Both the position numbers and the translations under genes were made by a program. The notes under the pieces are model-generated. The model was given only the letters and a program-made list of their open reading frames with translations. It had not been told where the DNA came from and searched no databases. From Thermoanaerobaculia bacterium (GTDB lineage Bacteria > Acidobacteriota > Thermoanaerobaculia > Multivoradales > Multivoraceae): a DNA stretch of 64,000 nt. Location: contig OY762911.1 in assembly GCA_963666565.1 (NCBI GenBank), positions 1 to 64,000 of the forward strand, in the 5' to 3' direction. Positions within the stretch are counted from its first letter, which is position 1. Each line of letters begins with the position of its first letter. Shown here one piece after another: positions 37,840 through 47,404 of this stretch.

Positions 37840-38217
37840 ATGCTGCGCCGGACCGGTTCGCCACTCGCCATCGTCAACGCTCTCGCGCTGACGCTCGCCA
37901 CCCTGCTCGCTGGAGCCTGGGACTCGAGCGGCCACGGCCACGGCCTGGCCGCGGCGAACGCCGCCTACTGCGCGGTAGATCACGAGGCCGAGGCCAGCGG
38001 CGCCGCCAGCCGGGCCGCGGTCAGTCAGGCCGCGGCGACGCACGATCATTCCTGCGTCGCCTGCAATCTGGGACGTTCCAAGATCGTCGAGGAGCGCAAG
38101 ACCTCGATCGCCGGACTCCTGGACCTCCCCTCGGCCGCGACGGGCTCGGAGGACGGGGGCTGCCCCACCAGCGGCGAGCGCTGGCGGCACACCGCTCGCG
38201 GGCCGCCCCTGGGCTGA
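37840..38217 (+). CDS. DUF2946/CruR-like leader protein 1 (signal segment, HDHSCVAC, C-terminal RGPP)
   Basis: Hydrophobic N-terminus, CxxC and ARGPPLG-stop; paralog at 44114-44506; directly upstream of a TonB receptor. Confidence 0.8.
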   Translation: MLRRTGSPLAIVNALALTLATLLAGAWDSSGHGHGLAAANAAYCAVDHEAEASGAASRAAVSQAAATHDHSCVACNLGRSKIVEERKTSIAGLLDLPSAATGSEDGGCPTSGERWRHTARGPPLG

Positions 38218-38449
38218 GTCGATCCGACTCCGCCCGCGCTGCACAGCGCGACGCGTCGGAGTCGTGAAAAGAAAGGTGAGCGCCCCTCGTCGGGGTGACC
38301 GCGACGACCCGTAGCGGTCAGCTCAAGCTGACGCATCCCGGTCGTCCAACGGCGCCGCCGGCGATTCGGTGCGATCCCACCGCCGCGGAATCCGCGGCCT
38401 GCGCTACGGCACTCTTCGACTCGGACTGAACGACCCAGGAACCACAACC
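38214..38449 (+). promoter_or_regulatory. Structured intergenic leader 1 (putative translational switch)
   Basis: Hairpins conserved with 44503-44801; CTGAGTCGA (38214-38222) complementary to TCGACTCGG (38416-38424). Confidence 0.55.
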
Positions 38450-41044
38450 ATGATCGCCAACCGCACAAAGGCCTCGAACTCCTATCCGCGGCGCCGGCAC
38501 CACCGGCGCCAGGCGGCGACGGGCGCCGTTCTCTGCGCCCTCGCCCTTCTTCTCATTCCAGCGACGGCCGGCGCCCAGGAAACCGGCTCCGTCGCCGGGT
38601 CCGTCGAAACGCACGGCGAGAGAATCGTGCTCGCCGTGGCGCGCATCCCCGCGCTCGGCATCAGCGCCGCGGTGTCCACGGACGGCACGTTCCGCTTCGA
38701 CGAAGTGCCGGCCGGCACGTATCTCGTCGTCGTCGACATTCCCGCCTTCGGCACGGCCAGCGAGACGGTCACCGTGGCGGGCGGCGACGAGGTGGATCTC
38801 CAGCTCGAAATGCGTCACGGAACGCACTTCGACGAGGTCGTGGTCACCGCGACCGGCGACCTGCGCCGCGCCTCCGAACTGGCGAATCCCGTCTCCGTGC
38901 TGTCCGGCACGGACCTCCAGTTGCGCCTCGGCGCCACGCTGGGCGAAACGCTGGAGAACGAACCCGGCGTGTACTCGACGGCGTTCACCCCCGGCGCCGG
39001 CCGGCCGATCATCCGCGGCCTGACGGGCGCACGTGTGCGCGTCATGGAAGGCGGACTCGACACCGGCGACGCCTCCACCGTCAGTGCGGACCACGCGGTG
39101 ACCTTCGAACCGGCGCACGCCGAGCAGATCGAGGTTCTGCGCGGCCCCGCCACGCTCCGCTTCGGGTCGGAGGCCATCGGCGGCGCCGTCAACATCGTCG
39201 ACGGCCGGATTCCGACCGAGAAGCCCGTCAGCGCGCTGAAGGGCACGATCGACCTTCGCGGCGGCACCAACGCCGACGAGCGGATGGGCGCCATCCATCT
39301 CGACGGCGGCGGCGGCGAATGGGCTTGGCACCTGGGCGCCGTCAGCCGGGAGACCGATCCGTACGAGATCCCCGGCTACGCCCGCGTCGAGGAGGAGCAC
39401 GACGATCACGACGAGGACCATGACGAAGACCACGACGAGGATCACGACGAGGACGAGGATCACGACGAGGACGAGGACCACGACGACGAGGACCATGACG
39501 AAGATCACGACGAGGATGACCACGACGAACACGAAGAAGAGAACACCTTCGGGATGGTCCCGAACACGGATCTGAAGACGGAGAGCGGCCGGTTCGGCTT
39601 CACCCGCTTCTTCGGCGATCGCGGCTCGATCGGCGTTTCGGTCAGCGGCTTCGACACGAACTACGGGATCCCGCCTGGCGGGCACGCTCATCACGAGCAC
39701 GACGATCACGACGACGAGGACCACGACGAGGACCACGACGACGAGGACCACGACGACGAAGATCACGACGACGAAGACCACGACGACGAAGACCACGACG
39801 ACGAAGACCACGACGACGAAGACCACGACGACGAAGACCACGACGACGAAGATCACGACGACCACGAGGAAGAGGAAGTCCCGATCCGCATCGACATGCA
39901 GCAGCGCCGCGTCGACCTGCGCGCCGAGGCCCTGCCGGCGTCCGGCGCCTTTCAGAAGATCGAGGTCCGGATGGCGGGAACCGACTACGAGCACGTCGAG
40001 CTCGAAGGTCCCAACGTCGGCACGACCTTCTTCAACGAGTACTTCGAGACCCGGCTCGAGATGTTCCAGCGCGAGCGCGGCCGCAGTCGCGGCTCCGTCG
40101 GTCTCCAGTACTCGGACCGCAACCTGGAGGCCTTCGGCGAGGAGGCCTTCGTTCCTCCGACGCAGTCCGAGGGATTGGCGGTCTTCACCTCCCAGGAAGT
40201 CGAGGCCGGCGCCGTTCGCTGGCAGTTCGGGGCCCGCTTCGAGCAACTCGATCAGAACCCGGCGACTACCAGGGATACCTCGCACGACGGGGTCTCCGCC
40301 TCCGCCGGCCTCGTCTGGGACGCGGCCGACGACTGGGTGCTCGGCGTGTCGCTGGCTCGTTCGGTCCGCCTTCCGTCAGCGGAAGAGCTCTTCTCGGACG
40401 GCGTGCATGTCGCCACGCAGAGCTACGAGGTCGGCGACCCGAACCTCGACAACGAGGTCGGCACCGGCATCGACGTGTCGCTGCGCAAGACGGAGGGACC
40501 GCTGACCGGCGAACTGACGATCTTCCGCCAGAGCTTCAGCGACTTCATCTACCAGGCCTTCACCGGCGAAGAGGAGGACGGTTTCTCGGTGCTCCAGCAC
40601 AGCCAGGCCGACGCCACCACCGAAGGCGCCGAACTCCGGCTCCGGCTCGAGCTGCTCGACCGCAACGACCATCACCTGCACCTCCAGGCGATCGCCGACA
40701 CCGTCGACGCCGAGCTGGACGCGGGTGGCAACCTGCCGCGGATTCCGCCAATGAGCTTCGGCGCCGGCCTCCACTACCACGGCCACCATTGGCGCGCCGC
40801 GGTGGAGGGTCGCTGGTTCGACGACCAGAACGACGTCGCGGAACTGGAGACCCCGACCGAGGGCTACACTCTGGTGAACGCCCACGTCGGGCGGCGCTTC
40901 ATCGTCGGCAACCAGATCCTCGACGTGCTCCTGCGGGGCCGCAACCTGACGGACGAGGAGGCGCGCGTGCATACCTCGTTCCTGAAGAACTTCGCGGCCC
41001 TGCCCGGCAGGGACATCACCCTGTCGGCCCGGTTCTGGTTCTGA
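38450..41044 (+). CDS. TonB-dependent receptor, ZnuD-like, with His/Asp-rich loops
   Basis: Signal peptide, carboxypeptidase-like N domain, EVVVTA, RPIIRG, SADHAV, IEVLRGPATL.FGS.AIGGAVN and C-terminal F. Confidence 0.92.
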   Translation: MIANRTKASNSYPRRRHHRRQAATGAVLCALALLLIPATAGAQETGSVAGSVETHGERIVLAVARIPALGISAAVSTDGTFRFDEVPAGTYLVVVDIPAFGTASETVTVAGGDEVDLQLEMRHGTHFDEVVVTATGDLRRASELANPVSVLSGTDLQLRLGATLGETLENEPGVYSTAFTPGAGRPIIRGLTGARVRVMEGGLDTGDASTVSADHAVTFEPAHAEQIEVLRGPATLRFGSEAIGGAVNIVDGRIPTEKPVSALKGTIDLRGGTNADERMGAIHLDGGGGEWAWHLGAVSRETDPYEIPGYARVEEEHDDHDEDHDEDHDEDHDEDEDHDEDEDHDDEDHDEDHDEDDHDEHEEENTFGMVPNTDLKTESGRFGFTRFFGDRGSIGVSVSGFDTNYGIPPGGHAHHEHDDHDDEDHDEDHDDEDHDDEDHDDEDHDDEDHDDEDHDDEDHDDEDHDDEDHDDHEEEEVPIRIDMQQRRVDLRAEALPASGAFQKIEVRMAGTDYEHVELEGPNVGTTFFNEYFETRLEMFQRERGRSRGSVGLQYSDRNLEAFGEEAFVPPTQSEGLAVFTSQEVEAGAVRWQFGARFEQLDQNPATTRDTSHDGVSASAGLVWDAADDWVLGVSLARSVRLPSAEELFSDGVHVATQSYEVGDPNLDNEVGTGIDVSLRKTEGPLTGELTIFRQSFSDFIYQAFTGEEEDGFSVLQHSQADATTEGAELRLRLELLDRNDHHLHLQAIADTVDAELDAGGNLPRIPPMSFGAGLHYHGHHWRAAVEGRWFDDQNDVAELETPTEGYTLVNAHVGRRFIVGNQILDVLLRGRNLTDEEARVHTSFLKNFAALPGRDITLSARFWF
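39731..39850 (+). repeat. Coding 15-bp tandem repeat (DHDDE x8)
   Basis: GA(C/T)CACGACGACGA(A/G) eight times; five consecutive identical units at 39776-39850. Confidence 0.9.
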
Positions 41045-41066
41045 GTCGGGCAAGGAACTCAACGCC

Positions 41067-42323
41067 TTGCTCCCCTGCCGGGAAAAGACCACGCAGCGCT
41101 CCCTGACGTCCCGTTTCCGCGAGGCGTCTCTTCCCGCGGCGCTCTTCCTGTCTGTCTGCCTGATTGCCTGCGGGTCCGGCGTGCCCGTCGATCCGGGATC
41201 CGTCGAAGGCGCGACGCCCGCGGCGTCCTACGCGGAGACCTTCAGCGTCGTCGAACGGGACGGCTACCGCGTTGTCGACATCGAAGCGTCCGTCGTCGCC
41301 TGGGGCGGATCGGCGGGCGGACCGCCGCAACGCGTCCGCCTGGTGCTGGTCCCAAAGGGCGGAACGCCGCCAGCGCTGACGGGAGAACTGGCAGGCGCCT
41401 CGTTGATCCGAACGCCCGTCGAGCGGATCGCCGTCAACGATCAACCGCATGAGGCCATGCTGCGCGCACTCGGAGTGGAGAGCCGGATCGTCGCGGTCGG
41501 CGGGCGCGACAGCTACGACGACGGCCTGCGCCGCAAGGCCCGGTCACGTGAGATCCAGCAGATCGGCTACGCGTGGCACATGCCGCCTACGCTCGATGCG
41601 CTGGTGGCGTCGCGGCCCGAAGTGCTGATCGCGCGCATGGCCGACCTCACGCACACGCAGCACATGGAGCGCGTCGAGTCGCTCGGCATCGCGGTCGTGC
41701 CGACCTTCATCGATGCGGAGCCGCACTACATGGGGCGTGTCGAGTGGATCCGTCTGATGGGTCTGCTGACCGGTACGGAGGCGGAAGCCGATGAGTTCGT
41801 CCAGATGGTCGCGCAAGAGGTCGACCGCCTGAAGGCCATTGCGAACGGGCATCCCCGACGATCGGTTCTCTGGGCCTGGTACCGGAGCGCGGGCAATCGC
41901 TGGGCCGTCACGCAGCGCAACGCCGATGCGGCCCTCATTCGCGACGCCAACGCGGAGCTTGTCATGGGCGCCGAGGACGATCCGGAGCTCGACGCGTTCT
42001 CCGATCTCTCCACGGAACGGCTGCTGCGGGACGGTACGGATGCCGACTGCTGGATGATCCGCGACCCGCTCTCCGGAGTGTTCGACGATCAGGCCGTGCT
42101 TTCTCGCTTCAAGGCCTATCGGGACGATTGCGTGTTCTGGGAGTCCGGCAAGCGCCATCCCACCGCCGATTCGTGGGAGCTGTGGGAGATGGGCACCATC
42201 CGGCCGGACTGGCAACTGGCCGACATCATGAAGATGATGCATCCGGCACTGCGTGACGGCGAGTGGCGTTACCTCGCGCCGGAGACGTGGGAAGCGGACC
42301 ATGCCCTCGCGGGTCGGCACTAG
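41067..42323 (+). CDS. ABC transporter substrate-binding lipoprotein (BtuF/Fe-chelate class III type)
   Basis: LIAC lipobox, RTPVERIAV, E.HYMGRVEWIRLMGLL and RPDWQLADI. Confidence 0.85.
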   Translation: MLPCREKTTQRSLTSRFREASLPAALFLSVCLIACGSGVPVDPGSVEGATPAASYAETFSVVERDGYRVVDIEASVVAWGGSAGGPPQRVRLVLVPKGGTPPALTGELAGASLIRTPVERIAVNDQPHEAMLRALGVESRIVAVGGRDSYDDGLRRKARSREIQQIGYAWHMPPTLDALVASRPEVLIARMADLTHTQHMERVESLGIAVVPTFIDAEPHYMGRVEWIRLMGLLTGTEAEADEFVQMVAQEVDRLKAIANGHPRRSVLWAWYRSAGNRWAVTQRNADAALIRDANAELVMGAEDDPELDAFSDLSTERLLRDGTDADCWMIRDPLSGVFDDQAVLSRFKAYRDDCVFWESGKRHPTADSWELWEMGTIRPDWQLADIMKMMHPALRDGEWRYLAPETWEADHALAGRH

Positions 42324-43332
42324 CGTCGTCGTTCTGGTCGGCGCGCTCGCCGCGCTCTCGCTGCTCACCCTCACCTATGGGCAGATCGCGCTGCCACTGG
42401 CCGACACGGTCGGCGCGCTCACCGGAACGCTGTCGACCGACCTTGCGCGCCAGATCGTCCTCGACATTCGCCTTCCGCGAGTCGCCGCCGCGATCATCGC
42501 CGGCGCCGCGCTCGGCATGGCGGGAGTGCTGATGCAGGCCCTCTTCCGGAACCCGGTGGCCGACGGCTGGTCTCTCGGCCTGCTCGCGGGCGGCCAGCTC
42601 GGGGTCGCACTCACGGTGACCGCGGCGGCTTTTGCGGGTCCCGCGGCCGTGTCCTTCCTGACCTTCTTCGAGGGCCCCAGCATCACGCTGGCGGCCGCCG
42701 CCGGCGTAGCGGTTGCGGCATTCGCCATGCTCGCGCTCGGCCGCCGCGTCGGCGCCATCACGCTGCTCGTCATCGGCCTGATGCTCGGCTTCACCTCCCA
42801 GGGCCTCACCAGCGTTCTTCTTCACTTCGCCGCCCGCGCCGGCGGCCGGATCTATGGCGGATGGCAGGATGCGAGCTTCGCCGGCGTCGCCCCTTCGGCG
42901 CTGGCGTGGCTCTCGCTGCCGATCCTCGTCGGCGCCTGCGTCGCCGTCGCGACGGCCAAGCCGCTCAGTTCGCTGCTTCTCGGCGAGGCCTACGCGCGCA
43001 GCCTCGGGGTCAAGGTGACGTCGCTCCGACATGCCGTCCTCGCGGCTACCGTACTCCTGGTGGCGCCGGTCGTGGCCTTCTGCGGTCCGGTCAGCTTCGT
43101 CGGCCTCATCGCACCGCACTTCGCGCGCGCACTGGCCGGGACGGCGCGAATCCTCCCGCTCCTGCCGCTTGCCGCGCTTGGCGGTGCGCTGCTTGCCCTT
43201 GCCGGCGACGCCATCGTTCATGCGCCGTGGGAACAGCACTTCCTGCACCTGAACGCGATCCTCGCCATCGTCGGCGCCCCGGTCGTGATTCTCATCCTGA
43301 TCCTCTCACCGGCCGTGAGACAGTGGCGCTGA
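42301..43332 (+). CDS. FecCD/BtuC-type ABC permease
   Basis: IRLPR, G.LMQ.LFRNP.A, LGE.YARSLG and CGPVSFVGLIAPH. Confidence 0.92.
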   Translation: MPSRVGTSVVVLVGALAALSLLTLTYGQIALPLADTVGALTGTLSTDLARQIVLDIRLPRVAAAIIAGAALGMAGVLMQALFRNPVADGWSLGLLAGGQLGVALTVTAAAFAGPAAVSFLTFFEGPSITLAAAAGVAVAAFAMLALGRRVGAITLLVIGLMLGFTSQGLTSVLLHFAARAGGRIYGGWQDASFAGVAPSALAWLSLPILVGACVAVATAKPLSSLLLGEAYARSLGVKVTSLRHAVLAATVLLVAPVVAFCGPVSFVGLIAPHFARALAGTARILPLLPLAALGGALLALAGDAIVHAPWEQHFLHLNAILAIVGAPVVILILILSPAVRQWR

Positions 43333-44117
43333 TGCTGGATCTGCGATCCCTCGCCGTGGGCTACCGCAACACACGGAACATCGTTCTTTCCGGCATCGAC
43401 CTGGCGGCCGCGCCTGGCGACTTCATCTGCATCCTCGGCCGCAACGGGTCCGGGAAGTCGACGCTCATGCGCACGATCGCGGCGCTGCAAACCTCGCTCG
43501 ACGGCGCCGTGCTGCTCGACGGCGAGGACGTCGCCTCCATGCGTCCGGCGACCCGCGCGCGCCGGATCGCGGTCGTGCTGACGGAGCGGCAGTTCAATCC
43601 GGGCCTGCGCGTCGAGGACGTCGTCGCACTCGCCCGGCAGCCCTTCACGGGTTGGCAGGGTGGACTGGCGGACGACGACCGGGCGGCGGTCGCCGACGCC
43701 GTCGCGACAGCCGGCGTCGGGCCGTTCCTGCGCCGTTTCTTCAGCGATCTCAGCGACGGCGAGCGACAGCGCGTGATGATCGCGCGGGCGCTCGCACAAA
43801 CCCCGCGCCTCATGGTCCTCGACGAGATCACGGCCTTCCTCGACCTTCCAAGCCGGGTCGAGATCACGGCCCTCCTGCGCTCCCAGGCGAAGCAGAAAGG
43901 GCAGGTCATCCTGCTCTCAAGCCACGACCTCGACCTTTCGCTTCAGCTCGCCGACAGCGTCTGGCTGCTCGACGGCACCGGCGGCTTTTCGGTCGGCACG
44001 CCGGCGGCCCTGAGCGAGAGTGGCGGGCTCGGCCGTGCCTTCGACACGGAGGCGATCCGGTTCTCGCCCTCCCACGGGCGGTTCGAGATCCGGATGTCCC
44101 CATCCGCGAATCCATGA
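43332..44117 (+). CDS. ABC ATPase (FecE/BtuD-type)
   Basis: GRNGSGKST, LSDGERQR, LDE and SHD. Confidence 0.92.
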   Translation: MLDLRSLAVGYRNTRNIVLSGIDLAAAPGDFICILGRNGSGKSTLMRTIAALQTSLDGAVLLDGEDVASMRPATRARRIAVVLTERQFNPGLRVEDVVALARQPFTGWQGGLADDDRAAVADAVATAGVGPFLRRFFSDLSDGERQRVMIARALAQTPRLMVLDEITAFLDLPSRVEITALLRSQAKQKGQVILLSSHDLDLSLQLADSVWLLDGTGGFSVGTPAALSESGGLGRAFDTEAIRFSPSHGRFEIRMSPSANP

Positions 44118-44506
44118 TAAAAGGCCCCTCCGTGCCGCACCGATCCCACTCGCCGCTCGTCATCGTCAACGCACTCGCGCTGACGGTCGCGACGCTCGTC
44201 GCCGCCTGGGACGCGGGCTGCCACGACCATGACGAGCCGGCGGCAAGGGACGCCCGGTACGCGATCAACCAGGAAGCCGCGGCCTCCGGGGCCGCGAACC
44301 CCGCCAGCCTCGCCAGCGCCGAGGCGCCGCACGAACACTCCTGCGTCGCGTGCAGGATCGGATGCTCGAAGTCGGCCGAGATCGCCAGGAACTCCGCTTC
44401 CAGGCCGCTCGACCTCGCTTCGGCCGCGGCAAGGCCCGAGAACGACGGCAGCGCCCGACGCGGCGCGCCCAGGCTGCAGGCTGCTCGCGGTCCGCCGCTG
44501 GGCTGA
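44114..44506 (+). CDS. DUF2946/CruR-like leader protein 2 (HEHSCVAC, C-terminal RGPP); start 44114 or GTG 44132
   Basis: Clear paralog of 37840-38217 (SPL.IVNALALT.ATL, H.HSCVAC, LDL, ARGPPLG-stop). Confidence 0.8.
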   Translation: MIKGPSVPHRSHSPLVIVNALALTVATLVAAWDAGCHDHDEPAARDARYAINQEAAASGAANPASLASAEAPHEHSCVACRIGCSKSAEIARNSASRPLDLASAAARPENDGSARRGAPRLQAARGPPLG

Positions 44507-44801
44507 GTCGAACAGCGGCGCCGACCCGCGCGGCAACGCGCGGCGTCGGAGCCTCCAGAAAGCAAACCAGGCGTCGCCCGCCCCACTTCGGGGCGATGGC
44601 GACGACGCCATCGCGGTCAGCCGTTGCTGACCCGAACGGAGTCGCAGCATCGCGCGACCGACGAGTTCGGCACGCCGCAAGCGCTGCGAATCCTCAGCCA
44701 GCGCCACACAAGCTCCCTTGACCCGGAGGGCCTTCGATCCGAAGGGCCTTCGACTCGGAGGGACCCTCGACTCGGACCGAACCATGCAGGAACTCAAGAC
44801 A
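44503..44801 (+). promoter_or_regulatory. Structured intergenic leader 2
   Basis: Same hairpin order as leader 1; CTGAGTCGA (44503-44511) complementary to TCGACTCGG at 44750-44758 and 44767-44775. Confidence 0.55.
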
Positions 44802-47348
44802 ATGCTCGCTACCTTCACCAAGCTCTCGAACTCCAATCCACGGCGCCGGCCCCGCTGGCGCCAAGCAGCGACGGGCGCCGCTCTCTGCGCCCTTGCCCTC
44901 ATCCTCCCCCCGCCGCCGGCCAACGGTCAGGCGACGGGATCCGTCGCCGGAACGGTCACGAGCCCCGGCGAAGCCGGCATCTCGCTCGCCGTCGCCCGTC
45001 TCTCCGAGTTGTCCCTCAGCGCCCCGGTGGCCGCGGACGGGACGTTTCGGTTCGACGCCGTGCCTCCCGGCACGTATCTCCTGGTCGTCGACATTCCGTC
45101 GGTCGGCCTGACCAGCCAGCCGGTCACCGTCTCGGCCGGCCAGCAGACGACCCTCGAACTGGAACACGATCACTTCACCCACTTCGACGAGATCGTCGTC
45201 ACCGGCTCCGGCGATCTCCGGAACGAGTCCGAGCTGCCGAACGCGATCTCCGTGCTGGGCGGCGCCGACCTGCAACTGCGCCTGGGGGCGACGCTGGGCG
45301 AGACCCTGGCGGGGGAACCGGGCCTGTCCTCCACCGCGTTCGTTCCGGGAGCGGCGCGGCCGGTCATCCGCGGCCTTTCGAGCGCGCGCGTTCGTGTGCT
45401 CAACGGCGGCATGGGAACCGGCGACGTTTCCGTGGAGAGCGCCGACCACGCCGTGACGACCGACCCGATCCTGGCGGAGCAGGTCGAAGTGCTGAGAGGT
45501 CCGGCCACGCTCCGCTACGGCTCGGGCGCCATCGGCGGCGCCGTGAACGTCGTCGACGGTCGCATTCCAGCGAACCGGGCGGCAAGGACCGTTGGCGGCA
45601 GGATCGACCTGGTCGGCGGTTCGGTGGCCGACGAGGAGACGGGCGCGGTCCAACTCAACGGAGGCGGCGGCGAATGGGCCTGGCACATCGGGGCCGTCAG
45701 CCGGAAGACCGATCCGTACGAGATCCCCGGCTACGCCCGCCTCGAGGAGGAGCACGACGACCACGACGACCACGGCCACGAGGACGAGGACCACGAAAAC
45801 GACGACCACGACGACCACGAAGAGGAGAACAGCTTCGGCATCGTCCCGAACACGGACCTGAGGACCGAAAGCGGCCGGGTCGGCGTCACGCGCTTCTTCG
45901 GCAACCGCGGTTTCCTGGGCGTCTCGTTCAGCGGTTTCAGCACCGACTACGGCATTCCGCCAGGCGCACACAGCCACGCAGGGCACGATCACGGCGGAGA
46001 CGGCCACGACGAGGACGGGGATCACCACGACGAGGACGGGGATCACCACGACGAGGACGAGGACCATCACGACGAGGATGACGACCACCACGGCGACGAC
46101 GAGGACCACCACGACGAGGATGACGACCACCACGACGAGGATGACGACCACCACGACGAAGAGGAAGAGCACCATGACGACGGCGACATTCGCCTCGACA
46201 TGAAGCAGCAGCGCTTCGACCTCAGAGCCAGCGTCAACCTGCTCGCACCCGCCTTCGAGAGGCTCGAACTGCAAACGTCCGGAACGGACTACGAGCACGT
46301 CGAGTTCGAAAGCGGCCACACCGGCGTCCTCTACACGAACGACCTCTTCGAGACCCGGGTCGAGATGTTCCAACGCGAGCGGGGCGCCAGCCGGGGCAGC
46401 GTCGGCTTGCAGTACGTGGACCGCGATCTCGCCGCGGTCGGCGCCGAGGCCTTCATCCCCCCGACCCGCTCGAACACCTGGGCGGCTTTCACCTCCCAGG
46501 AGATTCAGAGGGGATCGGTTCGCTGGCAGTTCGGCGCCCGCTTCGAACAGGCCGAGCACGACCCGGCAAACGGACCGGCCTGGTCCGGCGACGGCGTTTC
46601 CGCCTCGACCGGCATCGTCTGGACGGCCGGAGACGCGTGGAACCTCGGCGTGTCGGCCTCGCGCTCAGTTCGCCTTCCCAGTCCGGGCGAGCTGTTCTCC
46701 CACGGTGCTCACATACCCACCCGGACCTTCGACATCGGCGATCCCGACCTGGACGCGGAAGTCGGCGCCGGCCTGGACATCACGCTTCGCAGGGAGGAGG
46801 GCGCCGTCCAGGGCAAGTTGACCCTGTTCCGGCAGGACTTCCAGGACTTCATCTACCACGCGTTCACCGGCACGGAGCTCTCTGGCTTCCCGGTCACCGT
46901 CTACAGTCAGGCCGACGCGACGATGACCGGCGCGGAGCTCCACGCGCGGATAGAGCTCGCGGAGTGGAACGGGCACGACCTGCACATGGAGATCGTGGGC
47001 GACACGGTCGACGCGGAACTGGACGAAGGCGGCAATCTGCCGAGAATTCCGCCGCTGAGCCTGGGCGCCGGCGTCCACTACCACGGCCACGACTGGCGGG
47101 CAGCGGTCGAGTGGCGGTGGGTCGACGACCAGAACGATGTCGCCGAGCAGGAGACGCCGACCGACGGCTACGCCATGCTGAACGCGCACATCGGCCGGCG
47201 CTTTACGGCGAACGACCAGATCTTCGACCTGCTCCTGCGGGGGCGGAACCTGACCGACGAGGAAGCCCGGGTGCACACGTCCCTGCTCAAGACGTTCGCG
47301 CCCCTGCCCGGGAGGGACATCACGCTGTCGGCGCGGTTCTGGTTCTGA
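44802..47348 (+). CDS. TonB-dependent receptor, ZnuD-like paralog 2
   Basis: Colinear with receptor 1, including both His-rich loops and the identical C-terminus LPGRDITLSARFWF; start chosen by homology and AGGA RBS. Confidence 0.92.
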   Translation: MLATFTKLSNSNPRRRPRWRQAATGAALCALALILPPPPANGQATGSVAGTVTSPGEAGISLAVARLSELSLSAPVAADGTFRFDAVPPGTYLLVVDIPSVGLTSQPVTVSAGQQTTLELEHDHFTHFDEIVVTGSGDLRNESELPNAISVLGGADLQLRLGATLGETLAGEPGLSSTAFVPGAARPVIRGLSSARVRVLNGGMGTGDVSVESADHAVTTDPILAEQVEVLRGPATLRYGSGAIGGAVNVVDGRIPANRAARTVGGRIDLVGGSVADEETGAVQLNGGGGEWAWHIGAVSRKTDPYEIPGYARLEEEHDDHDDHGHEDEDHENDDHDDHEEENSFGIVPNTDLRTESGRVGVTRFFGNRGFLGVSFSGFSTDYGIPPGAHSHAGHDHGGDGHDEDGDHHDEDGDHHDEDEDHHDEDDDHHGDDEDHHDEDDDHHDEDDDHHDEEEEHHDDGDIRLDMKQQRFDLRASVNLLAPAFERLELQTSGTDYEHVEFESGHTGVLYTNDLFETRVEMFQRERGASRGSVGLQYVDRDLAAVGAEAFIPPTRSNTWAAFTSQEIQRGSVRWQFGARFEQAEHDPANGPAWSGDGVSASTGIVWTAGDAWNLGVSASRSVRLPSPGELFSHGAHIPTRTFDIGDPDLDAEVGAGLDITLRREEGAVQGKLTLFRQDFQDFIYHAFTGTELSGFPVTVYSQADATMTGAELHARIELAEWNGHDLHMEIVGDTVDAELDEGGNLPRIPPLSLGAGVHYHGHDWRAAVEWRWVDDQNDVAEQETPTDGYAMLNAHIGRRFTANDQIFDLLLRGRNLTDEEARVHTSLLKTFAPLPGRDITLSARFWF

Positions 47349-47352
47349 CGGG

Positions 47353-47358
47353 TATACT
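47353..47358 (+). promoter_or_regulatory. -10 box for tRNA-Glu
   Basis: TATACT followed by a GC-rich discriminator about 47 nt upstream of the tRNA. Confidence 0.45.
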
Positions 47359-47404
47359 CCGCGGCTCGACAGCGGTCGGCACCGCGGCCACGGCCCGAAT
47401 CCGC

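Noticed and set aside
38218-38449. Cobalamin riboswitch or Zur/Fur box upstream of the TonB receptor
   Set aside because: No recognisable B12-box or AT-rich palindrome by eye; an Rfam scan is still advisable
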